A stretch of DNA of 64,000 nucleotides from the human T2T-CHM13v2.0 reference genome, Homo sapiens. The DNA is taken from the NCBI RefSeq assembly GCF_009914755.1, contig NC_060930.1, one strand, 5' to 3'. The notes beneath the pieces are model-generated. The model was given only the letters and a program-made list of their open reading frames with translations. It was not told where the DNA came from and did no database searches. Below are positions 56,808 to 64,000 of this stretch, piece after piece; position 1 is the first letter of the stretch, and every line of letters begins with the position of its first letter. The translations under genes were made by a program, and so were the position numbers.

Positions 56808-58302
56808 CAGCGAGAAGGTTCACACACCCCCTCTATTCATTCCTCTTCCACAGGTGTGCGGCCGCCTGAGCCCGAGCCAGGAGCACTAGAGAGGGAGGGG
56901 GAAGAGCAGAAGTTAGAGAAAAAAAGCCACCGGAGGAAAGGAAAAAACATCGGCCAACCTAGAAACGTTTTCATTCGTCATTCCAAGAGAGAGAGAGGAA
57001 AGAAAAATACAACTTTCATTCTTTCTTTGCACGTTCATAAACATTCTACATACGTATTCTCTTTTGTCTCTTCATTTATAACTGCTGTGAATTGTACATT
57101 TCTGTGTTTTTTGGAGGTGCAGTTAAACTTTTAAGCTTAAGTGTGACAGGACTGATAAATAGAAGATCAAGAGTAGATCCGACTTTAGAAGCCTACTTTG
57201 TGACCAAGGAGCTCAATTTTTGTTTTGAAGCTTTACTAATCTACCAGAGCATTGTAGATATTTTTTTTTTACATCTATTGTTTAAAATAGATGATTATAA
57301 CGGGGCAGAGAACTTTCTTTTCTCTGCAAGAATGTTACATATTGTATAGATAAATGAGTGACATTTCATACCATGTATATATAGAGATGTTCTATAAGTG
57401 TGAGAAAGTATATGCTTTAATAGATACTGTAATTATAAGATATTTTTAATTAAATATTTTTTTGTAAATATTATGTGTGTGTTTTTTTTTAATCTATGGG
57501 AATATTTCTTTTGGAAAATCATTTTTCAGCTCAATTACAGAGCTCTTGATATCTTGAATGTCTTTTCTGTTTGGCCTGGCTCTTAATTTGCTTTTGTTTT
57601 GCCCAGTATAGACTCGGAAGTAACAGTTATAGCTAGTGGTCTTGCATGATTGCATGAGATGTTTAATCACAAATTAAACTTGTTCTGAGTCCATTCAAAT
57701 GTGTTTTTTTAAATGTAGATTGAAATCTTTGTATTTGAAGCATACATGTTGAAAATACACCTTATCAGTTTTTAAGTACAGGGTTTTATAGTGTAATATA
57801 TACAGAGTAAGTGTTTGTTTTTGTTTTTCAACTGAGGTCAAAATGGATTCTGAATGATTTTGCATATGGGATGAGGAAATGCTTGGATCCTTAAGGAGTT
57901 TACGAAATCTGCTGTTTTATCAAAGTGAAAAAAAATTGCTTATTACTCTTCATTTTACACTAAAGCTTAATGTCACTAAGTTTCATGTCTGTACAGATTA
58001 TTTAAATCATGGAAATGAAAAAAATGTTCTCTGCTTGCTACCAAAGGACAAACTCTTGGAAATGAACACTTTCTGCTTTCCTTCCTCCAAAGAATTAATA
58101 GGCAACAGTGGGAGAAAAAAAAGGCATAATGGCAAATCCTTCAAGCAGGGATAAAAGTCGATCTTCAAACATTAACTTAAGCAGACCAAAAATTCTGATG
58201 ACCGCATCTAGATTATTTTTTTATAAAAATGATTTTCACTATAGCTATGTTACGCTAAGCTACTGTCCAATCTCTTGTGATGTGTAACTTTTACATGTGA
58301 AT

Positions 58303-58308
58303 ATTAAA
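58303..58308 (+). terminator. ID4: Proximal ID4 poly(A) signal ATTAAA
   Basis: ATTAAA with upstream TGTA and downstream GU/U-rich tract; use would give a ~2.4 kb mRNA. Confidence 0.65.
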
Positions 58309-59819
58309 GTAGATTTCTCTGTCTTGTACTGTGATTTCTGGTCTCATTTCTTTAAAACCTTACTCTTATTTTTCTTTTAAGGCTCTTTTTTCTCCTTAAG
58401 GAAGGTAATATTTTCTAGGTTAGATAGGACTATCAGGGTTTGTGAACATTATGCATTTAATGTTATGGGTACTTTACACACAAGTTAGATGGAATTTTTA
58501 GAGTGAAAGAATTAAGTAGGATTTAATTGGGTGCTTTGTAAATAGTCAACTGTGTGTATAACGTGGTCTGTTTGATTTTTAAAAGGAAAGGATTTGTTTC
58601 AGATTATACAAGAATAAAAGTATTATAGACCCAAGGGACTTCTTATGAGGTCAAATTCAGATATTTATATGAATATGAAATACCATGGTCCCTAGTAGTC
58701 AGTTGAAGTGGCAATGTCTAAACAGAAATGAACAAAACTAATGCTAGCAGGTTAAAATCAATCAAAATGTTTAAAAATTGATTCTGTCCTCAGCATGTTA
58801 CTTCCTCAGCTCTGATAATTTACTGGTCTTGAGTATTTTGAGAATTTGATGTTGAACGTTATAAAGTCAAAGAACTGCTTGTTTAGATGAGGTTTATTTT
58901 TATTTTTGATATTATTCATTCTTGTCACACATCAAGAAGAAAACACTAGAGTGCTGCTGGAATTCCAAATCTGAAGAATTCTAACGACTGCATTCTTTGT
59001 TATTAAAAAGGGCACAATCCTTCCTTTTTATTTGGCAGTTTAATTTCAGTAGGAAGCATGTCACATGTGCACTGTTGGTTAGAATTATGCATCTGTCATG
59101 CCTGACTGCTGAACCCTACCTAAGCCTTTTGGCGCAGTTTAAAACTTATACTGGTGGACTGTGAACCTCAAAACAAATGGGTATTTTTGGGTTTTGAGGA
59201 TAGATGTTACTCCTTAAAGTTTGTATTTGGGGCATGAAAAACTACTGAAAGAAGAAAAGTGCTACAGATACTACATTTCAAAGAGTTGGCATTTTCCCTT
59301 TGGCCACTCAAGCAGCATTTGATGTATCTAAAGAAACAAAGTCATTGTTTATTTTTTAAAAAATTATATGCAGTTGTACAAGATACTACATTCCATTGAA
59401 ATGTTGGCTATGTCCTAACCAGGCAACCAGATAACAAAAACATTTTGAGTCTTTTATCTAGGTAGTTCTAATTATTCAGCTACTTAGTTTAACAAAGGAA
59501 AATATCCTGACTTCTCTCATTTCATTTGTAGACTTTTCATTGTATAGGCACAACCAAAGAGTCAGACTGGTTTAAAACTCCAGAAGGAAAAAAAGTATCC
59601 CACACAGTGGATGTTGTTTCTAAGAATGCTACAAAATCCTGACATCTCAGACATCTCAATGTTAAAGGAAGAAAAAAAATACCTTTTCATTTCAAAGAAC
59701 TAATATACTTTGATATTGTGTAAACCTTACTCAAGTTTATTGTCAAGCTTTAACTGCCTTTTTAGAACTTTTTAAAATTTCGAGCCCACAAATCTATTGT
59801 ATTAGTTGCCTTCTATAAC

Positions 59820-59825
59820 AATAAA
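59820..59825 (+). terminator. ID4: Distal ID4 poly(A) signal AATAAA
   Basis: AATAAA followed ~25 nt later by a GT/T-rich element (gagtttgtggttttt). Confidence 0.85.
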
Positions 59826-61959
59826 TCTTCACTGAGCAAAAGGCTCTGGAGTTTGTGGTTTTTAATTGACTTTTACTGAGTTATGCAATTTTTCATTATC
59901 CAGAATGGGCCTCTTGATGGATCACCTCAATTATTTACAGTGTTTCTTACCATGTTATGAAAAGTGGCGATATGAATGGAAAGAAAATCTAGTTTGAATG
60001 CTGGAGAAAGCTTCTCTACTCTAGTCCCTGCTTAGGATAGGAAGCAATATTCCTAAAGAAGGCAGCAGGATGATGTCCAGGGAAAACTAATTAAAAAAAA
60101 AAAGTTAAACAATGCAGACAATTTATTTCACAGTAGTACAGAGCCAAATGAAACTGGCTCTGCCTTTCTAGCTGGTGCACTTTAATTATATATATGTTAA
60201 TCAGCCTAGATAGCCTTTGGGTCTCGACAGGGCCAAACACCAAACCCTGCAGGCTTATGAGGAAGGAAAACCTTCCCGTTTCTGCTTTGCAAGTCCAGGA
60301 AATTAATTTAACCCGTCTCAGAATGAATCTTAATAGGGCTGCCCTCAGTAGGTATTCTTCAGACCCAGATGATTTCTTTCAATTACAACCCAGGATATTT
60401 TGCTAAAATATTAGTTATATTAATTAGAACCATTGCCCAAAAGGTTTTAGGATTGTAACTTTACTTACAGTTCTACCTTGAGCACTGATTTGATCGATAC
60501 TTTAAAAGATATAACCCTTACAAACGAGAACTAATTTGTTCAAGGGAGACAACCCGCAGTCATATATACTTAATTGAAAATGCTCTCAAATTTGCTATGA
60601 ATTTGTAAAGTGTGTTTTGCATTCAAGTGCCTCCTTCATATTTATTCATATTCTGGCTCCTGCTAAAAAGTTTTGCCTAAGTGTTAAAACTTAGGTCTCA
60701 ACCACATTGCCAAAGGTTTTCTATACTTACCAAAGCCAAAGTAAGGCCATGGTGAGGCTGCTGGAGTTCCATCATTCATAAGTCTTCACAGTAAATCCAC
60801 ACATGGGATATGAAAAGAGCTGTAAAAATTGAAGTAACTTGAAAAGCCCCTCTGAGTCCATAAGAGTAAACACTTCAGTTTCTGGGGAAAGAAGAACAAA
60901 ATGCATTATCTGTATTCCACTGGCTAAGATATAACTGAAGAGGAATTGAACTTAAAATGTTTAAATAAAGAGACCCATGAAAAATTTTCTACATGAACCC
61001 ATGAAATTTTTTTTAATAAGAAACCTCACACTTTAGATGAGAATTTTCTAAGAGATTACATTAATATTAGCACAATATGCAAATTCCTGGTGAAACAAGG
61101 CACTATTATTTGCCTTTAGTTACTGTTTCCCAATTCTTTATGATATAAAATACCTATCAGGACTTTGGGCAGGCATATAAAAGTCACATTTTAAAATGCT
61201 ATCTTTTATTTCAAAGTTTAATTTCCGAAGGAAAGTATTGTACTTGTAGAGTTCTTCATGCAAGTTCATAGACTGTTTCTTAAGTATTTATTTAAATATC
61301 CTCTTAAATATTTTAAATGTTTTTCAAATACTACTTCCTTCATAAGGTTTAGCAGTTAATTGAGTGATTGTAGTTAAGTATGAGTGTGTATGTCTAAAAA
61401 TAGTTCACCGACATACAGAAAAATATCTTTCAAAAGGGATTTTTACTCTAAAAAGTAAGTAAACTTTTCTCTATTTTCTCTCCTTTTTTAGTTCCTAAGA
61501 TTGGGAATTTCCATAAAGGTGTACCTTCCATTTTTTTGGACTGCTATAACCAACCATATTATGTTTAAGCATAAGGCAGGACCGAAACTAAAGAACAGGT
61601 GAATCAACTGTCATGTATATATCATCTCCTAGAATCTGGTTTAACCTCATGATTAATTTCAGAGAGAGCGAGAGAGAAATAGGGAAGTTCTTATTTGTAG
61701 GTCAAACCTCAGAGAAAGCCAGGAAAACAGACATAAACTTATAGACCAAAATTTTACAACTTACCTAAGCAATAATTATTGGAAACACTTTTCATACAAG
61801 TTTAACCTGAGTCCACAGCTGTAGTTAAAACAAAGTAGGGTTCTTTGTTTGAGACTTTTCTTTGCCTGTCCTGCGGTGCCTAACAAAGTAACCTTGTAAA
61901 ATATTTGTTACTAACTGAACTGAATGCCCCCTTAAGAGTCTCTTCCCAGAGTATTTAGT

Positions 61960-62460
61960 CACTCCTTCTTTGCCCTTTCATCTGCATTGAGTTGCAATTG
62001 AGCTTAAGACCAATATATCTAACTGCGTCTGGTCCTCTCCACCTCTGAAAAGCAGTAGATTCCAGATAGGACTGATGGTCTTCCCCAAAACTGCCCCTCT
62101 TTCTGAATTCCTTATCTCGGCTAAAGCCACCTGTCATCACTCAAGTCAGAAATCTGGGATTGTGCTTGACTTTCTCCTGCCCCATCATATTCAACTGAGC
62201 ACAACAATTCCTGCTAACATTCTCTCAGATCCTCCCCAGCATCCCAGCCTCACTGCTACTCTATCAGTATCTGTATCTCCATTTCACATCAGAACTCGCA
62301 GTCAGCTCCTATTCTAGTCTCCTTGCCTCACCTTTCTTTATCTTCTCTACCTTCCATGTGCTCTAACTGCATGACTCCTCAACAGTCACCCTCTGCCTAT
62401 GCAGGCAAGTCCAGTTTCTTGGAGCGGCATGCAAGGCCTCCTCGTGACCTGGACCTATGG
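61960..62460 (+). mobile_element. L2 fragment
   Basis: cactcaagtcagaaatctgggattgtgcttgactttctcc and related L2 motifs. Confidence 0.5.
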
Positions 62461-63670
62461 ATCCTTCAAGAGCCATTCCCTCCTGGACCTACAGATCCTT
62501 CAAGAGTCATTCCCAGCTGTCCTCTGTCTCTTCCACTTCTGGCTGTCTTCAAGCACACATGTTATGCTAAGATCTTGCCCCCTATATGCTAGACAGCAAA
62601 GCATGCTTATTTTGTTAGTCTTAACAGTGTATGCTTGATTTCCTGAGAGTTAAGAAGGGAGCAACTTCAGGAAGGACACACGTGGACTGTAGAACAATGC
62701 AGTGAAGGAGGGGGCACCTGTCCAGACAGCCAAACCACCTAAGTCAGCCTTGCCCACCTGTGAGTAAGAGCTAAGCCATCTACATTCAAAATGGCATCCT
62801 CTTTCACTCTTTCTTTCTTTGCGCAGTGTGTTACCCCCTGCCTTGATCTCGGACCCTCGTTCCCACTCTTGGCTGTTGCTAAACTCCTACCCGACCATCA
62901 TTCAAGACTCAACTGTTACCTCTTCAGCAAAAATTATTTGATGCCTCCCCTCCTCACCCCGGAAACAGCATCCACGCCCCCCCTGCTATATTATAATTAT
63001 TTTCACATGTCTGTGTTTCTGGTAGATCCCTGACCCTCCAAAGATTCCAGACCACAAGTACTAGGAGAACATTCCTGTAACTCTTTATGCCAGCAAATCT
63101 AGCAAATTCTTTGCAGCTCAAAATTGCAGTGGAGAGATTTTTATTATCTTTAAAAGCCTTTGGCTGCCTTAAACATGGAAAACAGATAAGCTGCGTGTTC
63201 TTGAGAATGAAGGAGTGTGGTCAGCCTAGGGCAAAGAGAGTTTAAAGGAGAGACTGAGAAGGGGGGAAGAGAGGCAGAGAAGATCCTGTATCCCCAGAAA
63301 AAAATTAAAAATAAAAGAAACAGTACTGACCCATGTTGGAATAAGGAAACAAAGACACGTCAGTGCCTGAGATGAAAATGTGGGGTAAGGGTAGATGACT
63401 CCCACTGACGTAGGTTGTGATGGGTCTGAGCAAGCAAGGGACTTGGTAAAAATTGTACAGTTAAGTCTCTGCGTGTGTTTCTTTACTCTCTTGAATTGGT
63501 GAAGTGACGTGGGATGGATCAGTTACAATTCATGCAATGAATCCTCATGAGTCAGTCTTGAAAGGGCAAGCTTGCTGCCTGAATGGGAAAGCCTTTCACA
63601 GATAGAAGTTTTCATTACCCCTACCATGATCTGAGGCCCTAGAGTGGAATCATATAATTAGAAACCTGGA

Positions 63671-63988
63671 GGCCGGGCACGGTGGTGGCTCATGCCTATA
63701 ATCCCAGCACTTGGGAGGCCGAGGCAGGTAGATCACTTGAGGTCAGGAGTTCGAGAACAGCCTGGCCAATATGGCGAAACACCGTCTCTACTAAACATAC
63801 AAAAATTAGCCGGGCTTGGTGGTGGGCACCTGTAATCCTAGCTCCTAGGGAGGCTGAGCCAGGAGAATTGCTTGAACCCAGGAAGTGGAGGTTGCAGTGA
63901 GCTGAGATTGCACCACTCCACTCCAGCCTGGGTGACAGAGCAAGACTCCATCTCAAAAGAAAAAAAAAAAAAGAAAAAAAGAAAGAAA
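63671..63988 (+). mobile_element. AluS
   Basis: Full dimer with A-rich tail. Confidence 0.95.
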
Positions 63989-64000
63989 CATGGAATATGT

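Larger units (their letters stand above)
54500..56880. promoter_or_regulatory. CpG island over ID4 promoter, exons 1-2 and introns
   Basis: Very high GC and CpG density relative to flanks. Confidence 0.95.
56854..59840 (+). other. ID4: ID4 non-coding exon 3 (long AU-rich 3'UTR)
   Basis: Acceptor ttcctcttccacag|GTGTGCGG; no recognisable repeats; ends after AATAAA 59820-59825 with GT-rich downstream sequence. Confidence 0.9.

Overview
Primate (apparently human) genomic DNA containing the complete ID4 gene on the + strand: TATA at 54985, CDS 55399-55839 + 56228-56272 (161 aa HLH protein), long 3'UTR exon 56854-~59840 with alternative poly(A) signals. About 55 kb of repeat-rich upstream DNA holds most of the window's 19 Alus, old L1s, L2/MIR, MLT LTRs, Tigger/MER DNA transposons and a solo LTR12 inserted into an Alu. 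A second, orphan CpG island lies ~32.5 kb upstream (22.2-22.8 kb) and probably promotes a minus-strand lncRNA (from recall, LNC-LBCS). The most notable observation is that this island carries a GGCGACCGCCC-GGCGCC...TGAATGGGTGACGTCAC...GGCGCC-N5-GTCTG cassette. It closely resembles my recollection of the ID1 BMP-response enhancer and is matched by a second GGCGCC-N5-GTCTG in ID4 intron 2, with a strong CTCF motif between island and gene. Two small templated inversion/duplication scars (3.5-4.2 kb and 35.9-36.1 kb) are also visible. No rRNA, tRNA, CRISPR or second protein-coding gene is supported. Repeat family names and boundaries are by-eye and approximate.
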